From Catajapyx aquilonaris (Eukaryota), in NCBI GenBank assembly GCA_000934665.2, contig KZ538559.1, positions 1 through 62,088 of the forward strand: DNA of 62,088 bases, read 5' to 3'. The translations under genes were made by a program, and so were the position numbers. The notes under the pieces were generated by a model that had not been told where the DNA came from, ran no database searches, and worked only from the letters and a program-made list of their open reading frames with translations. Below, piece by piece: positions 14,138-25,600 of this stretch (position 1 is the first letter of the stretch; each line of letters starts with the position of its first letter).

Positions 14138-14250
14138 TAATGCCTTTTGGAGGCAACTAGTCGATTGCTAACCTCGTTATTCTTTCTACAGTTTGTCTGC
14201 AAGAGATCGCGGGTTCTAAATCGACTAGGGTAGTTTCCCTAAGGAAATTA
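14138..14250. repeat. Long imperfect inverted repeat (fold-back)
   Basis: CTAGTCGATT (14157-14166) pairs with AATCGACTAG (14219-14228). Further pairing outside (TAAT/ATTA, CCTT/AAGG, GGAGGC/GTTTCC) and inside (AACC/GGTT, TCTT/AAGA). Confidence 0.65.
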
Positions 14251-16167
14251 AAACCAGCCCGGGTTGGAATCATTACTAAAATAGGTCGACTGGGTTAATC
14301 TAATTGTACCTGCACTTTTCTTAGATTTCTCCAGCTGTTAATTTTCTTCAGAGCAAAAGTTGATTATTTACGTATAGTTTGCAAAAATTCCAGACTTGCA
14401 ACAAAATCGATGGTATTGCGATTGAATGGAAAGAAATTGCGAATATGGCGTCCTGCGGGTGGTATTCGCTGAGGTGAGCGTATGCTTCATAAAATAGAAA
14501 AGGGCTTTACCCTCCCGGCTGAAAGCGCTCATGAAAGATTTACCTTTGACCACAAACTCTTCTTAATCCTGGCCGCTATTGATCGGGTTTAACCCCGTTG
14601 CCAAATCGAAACCATGGCCCCCTTCCCACCACCCTCTTCTCCTATCTCCCGTTGCATTATTCAGCGGGGCTCGTCTATGATTCCAATGGGCGATGTTAAT
14701 CATCGCGACTCCAAAGGGTCCTCTTCCACCGAATTACAAACAGTCCGCTGAAACTTTATTGGATCCGAGAGTCGTGTATCCAAATCGAGGCGACTACACT
14801 AATTGGAGATGTTGTGGGTCACCGAGAAAAACCTTCTTAAAGACTGGTTCTAAACAGGTGGCTAAATTTTTGGGGGACTTAGAACACCTCCGTGAAATTA
14901 GATGCAGCATGGCAGCCCCATTGCACGCAACGTCTGCTTCTTATTAACATTGATCCAAAGAAACCTCGAGTCATTTTTTCTCTTTCATATGCAGAGAGGG
15001 GGAGCGCTCTTTATATCAGGGACTGCAGGAAATATCTCGGTGGAACCATACCCTTGTTTACTGCACGGTCCACTTTTAATTATTTGTGTAATGGCTCTCG
15101 TCATATACGTTGCAGTCCTCGTGACGCTGCGTAACCCGAGCGCATCGTAATTATATTTTATAATGACGTCGGGATGAAAAAAGCATGTTGCTCGTTTTTG
15201 GGGTGAGATGACCACAGAATGACACACATTTTCGAAACTAAAAATTGCGGTTGCGCCAAAGGCCCTTATTTCTAGTGCGCTATGCTGCAATTCACGTGCA
15301 ATCGCACTTTTCCAACAAATAGACCAGCAGTCAAATAAAATCTGCGATAACTTTTCAAAAAACCCGGGTGGTATATTTTCCCACAGGCAATGTTTCCTCA
15401 TTGACCTCGAATTAATCTCTCATGGGAAAACTTGCCCTATTCCACCTACCCTTTTGGAAAACGAGGCAGTTATGCATCTTTACCTCTCCCTCCTTCCCAG
15501 CACCCGTCCGAATTTCCGGCCGTATTTCAAAGCGTGCCAGGAGCCTCCTGCCTTAAATCAGACCCGTGTACCTGCCTCAGAAATTATGGCGCTTCCTAAT
15601 GACGCCAGCTCCGGGGATGCATCGCCAGCAAATTGCGTCTCGCGGCGCCTGGATCGAGGAAGTGGGCTCGAATTCCTCCTCTTTTTGCCCCCCCTTCTAT
15701 CTCTAAGTCTTATTTTTTTCCACACCAAAAACGACCACGTGGGAAGATGCGCCTTCTGATTGCGGTGTCCTTGTTTGCCCTGATTTACGCGAGGGGTATG
15801 CAACCTTGCCCAGTAGTGAGTGTCGCTAATCTTTTTTTCTTTCTTTCCAGAGTCCCCCTCCCGGAAATTTACTTTCTGCTCAGGTTCCTTAGCGGCCCTG
15901 CCAGATACCTCATTTCACACCCTACCAATTTCCTTCTGCAGCCTCTCAACCCTCGTTCATCACAAGCGTGCCAAACCGGGTCCTAAGCGCAATTCCTCTC
16001 AAGATCTGGAGGCGACAACGCGGCTCTTCCCACGTTTTCTCCCAAAGTCCACACCCTCATCTCATCATCATCCCCTTTTTGGGCCTTCCCCACACTCGTC
16101 TTATTCTCAAAAGCCCACCCATCTCTTGCAAGAAGGGATCGATGTGTCGTTTCAATCCGTGCTCATG

Positions 16168-16217
16168 TACAGGGTGAGTCACTACATCCGCCAAAAGATG
16201 AAATGACTCACCCTGTA
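16168..16217. mobile_element. Miniature Tc1/mariner-type inverted-repeat element (46 bp plus TA flanks)
   Basis: TA|CAGGGTGAGTCA-22 nt-TGACTCACCCTG|TA. The perfect inverted repeat extends to 17 bp (16165-16181 and 16204-16220). CAGGGTG termini with a TA duplication are typical of insect Tc1/mariner elements. Confidence 0.6.
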
Positions 16218-19200
16218 CATTTCACTCACACAAACCTCACTTTTTTATTTTTTAAAAAAAGCTAACATATCCCACAGTTCAATTCGGATCACGCGACAAT
16301 CGTGAGTGGTGGGGATGGAACTGGGGATAATCGTGGCAAATATTCATGCTGCATTCTTTGGACCTTGGTTTTAATCAGGTTCCTTACAGTCTGGTTCAAG
16401 AAAAAAAAAGAAAGAAAGAAGAAGAAAAAATTCGGGCGTGACTTGAAAGAAGGAAGTTAAGGCGAACGCAACACGCAATGCATGCGAAATTCGGAGATAA
16501 GGTATTAGTTCCGTTCGTTGCCCTGCACCCAAAATAGGTTAACTCGGCCCAGCAGCATAGGGAGAGACGGGAGAAACGAGAAAGCACAAAAAAAGAGCGT
16601 TTGTTTGAACTTGAATTTCACCCACCCCACCCCAACCCACCCAATCCAAAGAAAAAAATCAAGCTGCAAGGTGAATCTTTCCTATTTCATGCAAGGAGAA
16701 ACTTTCAACTATCTGAGCCAGAGACAAAAATCTGATACACTTAGTATTCCGGACCTTGCTTTTTCATCTTGTAACACAAAAAATGGGATGGGAGGAAGAA
16801 AACTTGCATAAATATTTTGTGAGACCACAATCAAATTCCGCAGAAGCTCAAGATGCATACAAGAGCTTCATAATCTCGAGGAAAAAAAACCCACATCCGG
16901 ATGTTTCAGATAAGTTGAATATTAGTGCTCATCTGTGTACAAAATGAGATTTTATAGGTCAAAATTCATCTGTCATCTCTTTTCGCATTAAAAGTTGAAC
17001 CCAACGGTCCAGTTGCATCAACACAAATTAAGCAGAAATGTTAGACGTAATTGACTATTTATGTTCAAGCAAGGCGTCATGTTTCTTTTGCATAAAGAGA
17101 GCAATATACAAAGTGCGTACAGTACACCCAAGGCAATGCCAGGCCAAGCAATCTTTTGTTGTGGTGTTCTCTTTGTCTGTTTCCCACTCTATAAAAAGAC
17201 CAGGAAAACGAGGTAGTGCCATAGTCTTTGCCCTCTTAATTTTCGGCGCAATTCGTAATTAAATTTGTAAATGAGCGGTTCCGTGCCTTGGGCTGGTTCT
17301 AAAAGTCAGAAGAAAAGCTGGATACGCGCACTCAAAGGGGGCTCCGGAATGACTTGGAGGCAGACTAGCAGAAAATCCTCTCATTATCCCCGCCGATTTC
17401 AATACTAAGCGCTGGATGCCCCTAATCCTCCTCCTCCGCTTAATCCACTTCAGAAAATTGCCTTCTAATTGAAGCAACAAAACTTGAGGCGGGAGACACA
17501 GAGGGTGACAAAACAAGTGACGCAATTATATGGCAAAAAAAGAGAGATTACAGTTGGAAAATTGGGCGGTGGTCATTACCTTGCGTTTAAACTCGATTGT
17601 TGTTGGCGCACTTCATCTCACTGTGTATAAACCAGTTCTCCAAATGAGGATTCCACAAGTGACAAAGCGCACGGTCAGTTGTGCTAAACGACAAACAATC
17701 GGGCGCGATTGCATGAAACAAGTTTAACCCCACGGCACTACATGTGGCAGCATCATTTTGCTCGGGGCGGTTCAAACGATAGCTCGGTTTGGATGCTACG
17801 AACTGTGCGAAATGTACAGTGAATTTAATTCCGATTCGTCACCCCCTGTACTTACGACAAGCATATTCACATTGCGTAATTAATATACCATAAAATAATG
17901 TGAATCATTTTTATAAAATAGCCTCATTTCCACTATACTATACGTCTGTAAAACAAAGGCCGATTCTACGGAAGTAAATGAACGCAACAAACCCAAAGTT
18001 TTAAGATAAACTTTTCAGAATCAGTCATTCAAGTGTGTACCGCCATAGACATTGTTCGACCATGTTTGTAATGAATACAATCATGCAAATACCTGCATTG
18101 TCACACCTGAGTTTATACCAGGAAACCACGAAATTTTTTCCGGACATATCCTGCCCCCATTTTTCGATTATGGAGAATATCCGGAGCAGTCTTAGCTTCA
18201 TCTCCGGCTCCGTGCGAGAAGAGGCCCAAATCCCCTTTAAATCCGGAGGAGGAAACGCGACCCGAATAGAACGCAACTCTTCCAGATTACAGTTGGCCCC
18301 CTGACAGTTCATTACAATATATAGAGCTCATTATCATATAATCTGGCGCTATGTCGCCCGGTTTTTGCCAAGAAACGTAACTAATAATGACCACAAAACA
18401 TGGCGAACATTATCATACACATATTTCTGAATTAGCCGCCAAAAGTAGTGCGCCGTTAATGTGAGAGCATCATATAAGGGAGTGGGACGCGATATTTTTG
18501 GGGCTAAAAAGGAAATAGCTACTTGCAAATTTCCTCCCAAAAATTGCGATTTAAAATTAATAATAGGCAAACAGTTAATATGAATCGGACTGACACAAAG
18601 TCTGAATAAAATCAGGTCATCAACATTGCAAAACAATTTGCACAATCTCCAGCTGGAGGTAATGTAGCGAGTCAAAATATTGAATGAAGTCTATTTTTTT
18701 CCTTCCCATTCTTTTCGATCCATTGCTGAACAACTGGAGCGTTGATTTTTAAATTCGGTGAGTTCAGCAATCTGTCAAAATATAAGAAAAGCATCTTCAA
18801 GCCCTCCCCCCTTTTTTAAGAAAATGAACGCCCAAGGCACAAAAGGAGGAAGATAACTTTGTAAAAAAAAGAAGACAGCAAGCAAATAAAGCTGCAGACC
18901 CAAAGTGTGACGCCCCTGCCATCCGGTAACTGCCTGGGAGGAACTTTCGCTCAAGCATCCATCTTTTTTTCTCTCGCAAATTACACTCCAGCTATGCAGT
19001 TGATTCCATATCAGCCCAACTTTTTTTCCAACTCTGGAACGAAGAAAATGTGCCGTTAGTTCCGGGGACGGCAGATATATCGACGAGACTACGCGACTTG
19101 CTGATTTGCGGTTCAGAACGGAAATGAAATGGAATTCACTGCAGTGTGTAATGATGGATGACCCTGTTTTCATCACGTTTTGTTTGACCTAACGCAAAAA

Positions 19201-22200
19201 TCTGCGTCACTAAAAAAACAGGAAAGGAAATCCTGTCCCTCAGGAGATTCGTTTCTCAAATTCAAGTATCCAGCTGCGAATCTCAAAGTCCTTCTGGCCA
19301 GCAGAACAAGTGGAAAAGATTCCCCGAGCTGCCTAACCTTTTCTAGCTTGCATCCCGAAGTTTCGCCTGCAGCCTGCAGAGAGTATAGACCCCGAATATT
19401 ATATGGATTCGTGCAGCCTCCGGTGGGAGATATCTGAAGAAATGGCGACCCGTTTTTTTTGCGAATCTGAAGAGAAAGGTCGGGGCAGTATGCATTCGAT
19501 GGTAGTTCGATTTGGACTCCATTGCTTTTCAAATGCGACGTGTGGTGATGAAACAACCCCGAAGGTCGCTTATTTGAACCAATATTCTATCAGTCGCTAC
19601 ATGAAAAGAGAGGATGTTCCGCTCAGCAAGAGATGATAGATGCAGTAGATATTATCGGCTTTTTTTTCTTTCTTTCCACCTCTCTCACACAGAAAACGGT
19701 CTAGTAATCGAACATGAAAAAGTGGGTGTGAAATTGGCGTTCTTTTGAAGATGGAGAAAGATTGATGCCCTGCATATCTGGAGTCCCGTTAATAAAATTG
19801 GTTTTGGGATGATGAAGCCGGCTTAAGTCTGGTTGCCGCAACGGAGAGAAAAATGGTGCAAAGACATTGAAAAAAAATTTATATATATAAATCAGAAGCC
19901 GCATATCCGAACTGCATCGAGGGTTGTATACGGCAGCCGCCAGTTGGAATCACGGACCATTGCCCAACTCCTCTGGCTTTTGTGCCGCTAACATCCCTGC
20001 GCTTCCGCTATGCAAACTTTCCCGGGCTCAGATAACTAGCTCTTGCAGACATTGGAGCGTGTTTCCGCGGCTTTTCGCCTTTAGCCTCCGGAATACGGGA
20101 TTTCTGCAGCAAAAATGAACCGGGGGAAAAGCCTCGGAGACCCCCGAAAAAGAATACACGCCGAAAAAAATGGCGAATGGAAAAAAAAGTCGTTCCACAC
20201 ATTCGCATATGACTGTTATGACGGGGCATGAATTTTAAATAAAACCAGAGCTCTTGATGAAGGCTCCGGAAAACGCCCCCAGAAAAAACCCGGCCGCAAA
20301 TTCTCTTTAAAAAAAATTTCATTAAGCTCACGAATTGGAATCCGCCGCGTCATGTTTTTGCGCCGACTGCTGAAAACGACGGTTCCTTTTAACCCGAAGA
20401 AAGCAATATGAAGCTGAAGAGTACAAGTAGAAATTACTTCCGGAAGTTCTTTGCTTTCTTTGGCGTTTCAGACGCTTTTCTCTGGGTGACCTGATATGAA
20501 AATATTCATTTACACAGCATCCGGTGTAATTAAGCTTTTAAAAAATCTGCGTTCAAAATTCGGCATGCTTCGCACATAACAGGCAAGAAAATGTAACCAT
20601 CCAGTCGTCATCTTGCACGCTTCGCAGCTGGAAATCTCCTCAGCAAACAGGTTGGGGCCTCTGGGTAATCTGTCTCCAGCAGGTAAATAGGTCCATTAAA
20701 GCTGTGCTTGGCGTTGCGAGTCCATACAATGACAAGAGTTTGCGACAAATACGCTGACAGCTTGACATTAAGCACACAAGGCGGCACCCTTGGCAGCCAA
20801 TATTAGGCCTGCTCTGCAACACAGGTTCAGCTGATGTATTTACAGCCCCTGCTTCAAACTGGCAGTTATTAATAATTCAAGTCCTGAAAAACTTGGTTGC
20901 AAAAATGCGGTACACGGACCTGTAATGGATGCGCAGGAATTTTTCTCAGACCAAGTCCATCGTTCCGTATCGGTGCACTGACCCTCTTTTTCCTTCCTTT
21001 TTTAAAAAAGAAGGGTGGTCCAGTGGCAGCATCCAAGGATCGATCTCCTGTCCGCCTCTGATTTGTAACTCTCGTTAGGCCTTAATACTTTATTCAATAG
21101 CCGGCACATCCAGGAGAGATAGGAGGAAAAGGCTGGGAAAAGGAGAGGCTGTGTTAGTACTGACCATATTTGAAACGATGATGGAGATTGCAGAGTCCGC
21201 ACACTCTCCGGATCTCGTTACCTAGTCCTCCACCCAAAGATCCGGAGTTCATCTTTTTTAAGCAGACCACAAAATGTGTTGGTATGTATGAAGCATCCTT
21301 GCGCAGGAAACTCCTAGAGATTTGGGTCCAAAATTTTTGGGAAAATCCGCTCGCTCAATTAACTTCTATATCCGATGTAAGATAATTATCACCCAACAGT
21401 CCCATAAGCAACTAGGGCTTATGTCGCTGGATTTTTTCCCCAGTGCGTGTTGTAAAAAAAAGTGGAGGGTCGCTACAGAAATTTGCATTAATCTTCGTAG
21501 GGTTCTAATGAGTGGTCGCAATTAGGGAAATACGAACGAACGCGAATCATAAATTCATCCTACGTCGGTGTTCTAATCATCCGCCCGGCGTTTATCCAAT
21601 GAGGGACTACAAAATGGCACGTTATCTGGTAATGTTACCAAAATGGGTGTGTAAAATGACAGGGAGAGAGACAAGAGTTTAATTTAATTAAATTTAATGA
21701 CCTGTAATCTTATCGCAATTGGGAGTGGCTGGTTTTAATTCAATCTATTGTGGCCATAATGAAAGTTACTAAAGCAATTGAGATTCTTAAATATTAATGT
21801 TTTTGCACCTAAAATTAGCCGAATCACTATCTCAATTTGGGATTTTAGCACACTTTAAATGCCAATAACTAAAAACTGCCGAGTACATAATTCGACCCAT
21901 ATTTTTCCAATCGCAGGCACACAAAAAATGATGCAAAATGATCGCCATCAGTCGCATCGCGCAGTTGTTCGGCCCATAACCGCTTTTCATGCACTGTTAA
22001 AGATTACAATTACCACAAATCCATTCGATTTCACACAAATTCAGCTGGTTTATTGAACCATGCCGAGCACATATGGCGCCCCGATATTAATTTTGTTTAC
22101 TACATGTCCACTCCCGCGTTGATATCCCCAGTTACTACTCTGTTCTCTTCATCTGCCTTGATACACAATAGCTGGGTGACACACTACTGATGACAACAAA

Positions 22201-22304
22201 TTGAAGGGGGGAAAGACTGATCTAACGACAGACAACAACAATTAGAGGGCGGAGATGAAATACGACTAGAGATTTTCGAAACTTGAACGAACCGGCTGGC
22301 TCAC

Positions 22305-22483
22305 CGTTCTGTTGCCGAGGTTCTTGACGCGGCAGTTGAGATACGCCGTTTTGCCCAGAAGGGCCGTGACATTTTTGGAGGCCACCTTGTCAAAGAACGG
22401 ACCGGTTCTTGGGGTTGTTGAAGCGCCCACGTCCAGTCCATTGGGTTCTTTTGGACGAGCTGTTTCCTTCAGGTACGAAGACG
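22305..22483 (-). CDS. dpr9: Coding exon of the same Dpr gene, linker plus first part of Ig1 (SSYLKETARP...GPFFDKVASKNVTALLGKTAYLNCRVKNLGNRT)
   Basis: Contains the Dpr motif PxFD...NVTALLGKTAYLNCRVKNLGNxT with the first Ig cysteine and the sequons NVT and NRT. Acceptor is TGTTTTCTTGTCGTTTCAG|CG (phase 1) and donor is ACG|GTGAGC (phase 0). It joins the 9514 exon in frame as NRT|VSWIRH. 179 nt. Confidence 0.93.
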
Positions 22484-22536
22484 CTGAAACGACAAGAAAA
22501 CATTTCAATAACAATAGCCACAAAAAAAAATCGGTG

Positions 22537-22686
22537 TTGTACTCCAGAGATGGCGACACGATTCGGCTCAATATCAGTGCCTCCATCTACCAGCCAGATT
22601 TTCGTCTATTGATCATTATGCTCAAGAGATGGCGGCACCATTCGGCTCATTGTGAGTGTCGCCATCTATCGGCCCAATTTTCGTCC
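22537..22686. repeat. Two tandem copies (79-bp period) of a hairpin-forming unit with AGATGGCG arms
   Basis: AGATGGCGACACgATTCGGCTCAatatcaGTGCCTCCATCT at 22548-22588 and AGATGGCGGCACcATTCGGCTCAttgtgaGTGTCGCCATCT at 22627-22667. Both copies are followed by ATTTTCGTC. Confidence 0.9.
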
Positions 22687-25600
22687 TTTGATCCTCTCTC
22701 AGCCGCTTACACCTCCAGGTGGCCAAGACTCGGCCAAAAGCAAGCGGAAAGGCCCCATCATATGGACACCGCTCGCCACTTTCCCTATCCACAACTCTCT
22801 GGATGGAAACACGACCGTAATTCAATCTGCGAGGCAGCCCCCCCTAATGGCCGGTACATTTACGTCCCCAGCTAGCTCTACTGTGATATGGGTAGGGGAG
22901 GTTGGGGGAGCCCTGCACAGTTAGCCAGACATAGAGCAAACAAGCCCGCTGGCTGTTGTTCACTCGCAGCAGGCGACGACCGACACCAACCGCCCCCGAA
23001 AAAGCTTTGGACCACTCTAATGGAGTCTTAATACAAAGTTTGGCTCGCGCGGTCGCCTCACAAACACCTCGCCTCGTCCCATTTCCTGTCCTGCTTAATG
23101 TTCGCGTCATTGGGACAACCCTCAAAAATTATGCCCAGGTCCTTGACCCACATTTTTGAGGCGACAATGGCGGACCAACGCGAATAAATAATAATAGTGA
23201 AAAAAGGTCAATTCTGGAGGGAACAAAAGAGGATGAGGGATGAAAATATCGCTGCAACTGAGCGGTAATTTCCGATGCTATAAAACGCAGATTTATGCCC
23301 ATCGATTTGCTACAGTTCCGCTGCTGCCTGTCATAGGGGGTGGAGGAGAGGGGAGGGGGGGGGGGGAGAATTGCGAAATTGCGTTTGCGCGCCATCACCT
23401 TCACTTCAATACATCTTTTTCTGGTTGTTATGCGACGATCTTCGGGAACGGAATAACGCTCGTTTCGGATTTAGTGGGGCGAGATTCTGCATCGGGAAGA
23501 TTGGTGGTACCGGGTGTCGGAAAATGACGAGTCGAATAATGCTGCAGAAATAGGAATTTCATTTGATATGTATTTTGTGCGGTCATCAGATCAATGTTAA
23601 TGATATTCCACTGAATATTCTCCTAGGAATTAATTTTGTGTGATTTATATCCATTTCCACATTTTTACTCTGATGGGGAGGGACTCGGTCTCAAACTCGT
23701 TTTACCAATGATCTTCCAAAAGGTACAAAGTGAATTTATAATATATTTTGTCACGATTTATTTTAATTTTTAGAGTGCATAATCGACAGGTGCTCTAAAA
23801 TGCATAAAAAGTCTCGCCCCACTTATTTTGAACTGCCACGTTAAGCCTGCATTTCGATATTATATCGCATAATGTGAAGCCACTCTCTAAGGGGGGCGAG
23901 CCTAATCACAGGGGGGCAATAAAATTACTTTTTAATTAACCACTAATCCAGTAATGCATCACTCATGCTGTCAGTATCCTGACAAAAACAGTTGGCACTT
24001 GGGAGCGTACCAATGCTTTTGATACCCCTGGTGCAACAGCTCATCAGTTGAGGTTTCATCTGCATAGTGCCTATATTGCAGTGAGATCCGGCACTGCCGC
24101 AGTTTGACGCCGACATGATTTATTGTGATAAGCATTGCTTCCGGCTATGAATTTGTCACTTTTTGCCGTGATTACTTATATACAGTATACTTTCATAGTT
24201 TATTCTTTCTTGATATCAGGGTATAGTTTCCAGCAAGATAAGCCCTGCTCACACCAGCCCAGATATCTCGCACTTTCAAGGTGCAACAATTACTCGAACA
24301 AGTCGCAACATCACACCATCACCAAAACACTCCATGTGTCGGTTCGCCGCCCAAGAACGATGCCTTCCTTTTGTTAGCTCACAGTCACTTGAAAAGCCTG
24401 CCCTCCAAAATGGCTCTCTCTCCAAGTCAGTTTCTGGGGGCCTCGACGAATCCGAGTATTTTCATACACACGGGCAATACAAAAGGAGTGGATGAAGGCC
24501 CCCGGAGAAAGGAGAGGGTGGGTTTCACTGGCGCAATGAACAGTCAGTCCTCCTCCTCTCTCCAACTCCTCTCGTTCGCATTCTGCCCCAGGCTCCAGCT
24601 CCATGGCAGTCTGGAACTCATCAGCACCGAATGAGTTCTCCCCCACCACCCTGGCAAACCCGCCTTTGTGAAGTCTAGAAGCATCCCCCTTGCCTGTAGG
24701 AGACCCTGTGCACTATCCCAAAAAAAGAAGAAGGGTTGATATTGCCGGTTGGTCCTCCTGAAAAGGGTTTGGCTTTTCCGCACCAACTCACGTCCGGGTT
24801 GGATACTTCCAGGGGAGGTTGGAGCATGTGTACCGGCTTGTATGCAGTCAATCTCCTTGAATGTTAGACGCCACTTCCGACCAAGTGTGTCGGGCCCGGT
24901 TGTACAACCTTGGCGGAGGTTTTGGCAAAGTAAGGGGGGTTCTGAGAGACGCAGGGGAGCGCCCAAGGAGAGGGAGACCTAATTGGGACCGGATCGATCA
25001 GAGCCGCGCCTTGTAATAACATGTAGGCCTACCGGTGCCGGCTCAAAGTTGGTCCTAGTTATGAGGTCGATAAATTTCGGCTCGGATGTACCTGGTCATT
25101 TGTTGAAAAAAATTACCTGCAATATTCTGCAAACCATGCCAATTTTTATAAGAGTATTTAATAACCTAATCATATATGGCGACAAGGGGAGGGAAAAACA
25201 AGGAAAAAGATCGAAGCACTTGGGCTCAAGTATTCATTGCATGAGAGCAAATAGTTTTTAATGAGGTTGCTGCCATTCCTCTACCAAACTTTTCAAAGCC
25301 CCGGCGTCTTCTACTCAGTAATTTAACAGTAAGGGTACCATCACTCAAAAAATGCATTAATTAGGCAAGGAGAAGCTCCCCCTCTCTTGACTGCATTTTT
25401 GCCCTCTCCTAGATACTAAAAATCTATTCCTCCCTTGCATAAACCTCTTCCCTCAGCAACCCCTTGAAGGATGGAGATGTATATTACCGTGTATATACAG
25501 AGAGAGAGTAAAGGGAGATGAATATTATCGCCCTGGCTCTTTGAAGAGAGTCGGCCACGACATTTCCTAATGGTGAAGATGGATTGCTTCAACCAGTGTG

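Larger units (their letters stand above)
9515..22304 (-). other. GT-AG intron (12,790 nt, phase 0) splitting Dpr Ig1
   Basis: Bounded by GTGAGC at 22304 and CCCAG ending at 9515. Joining the flanking exons restores a continuous Ig domain. Confidence 0.9.

Noticed and set aside
14200..14230. GGGTTCTAAATC as a tRNA/SINE B-box
   Set aside because: Poor consensus match, no A-box or cloverleaf. Better explained as one arm of the inverted repeat.
17850..17864. ATGCTTGTC|GTAAGT as a microexon within the Ig1 intron
   Set aside because: Good donor, but no AG acceptor or pyrimidine tract immediately upstream.
22312..22875. 187-aa plus-strand ORF
   Set aside because: Partly the antisense shadow of the dpr exon, with no protein-like features.
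25111..25135. Other minus-strand CAG|GTA juxtapositions (here and near 36180, 39424, 44111, 61809)
   Set aside because: Each lacks either a real pyrimidine tract or a consensus donor.
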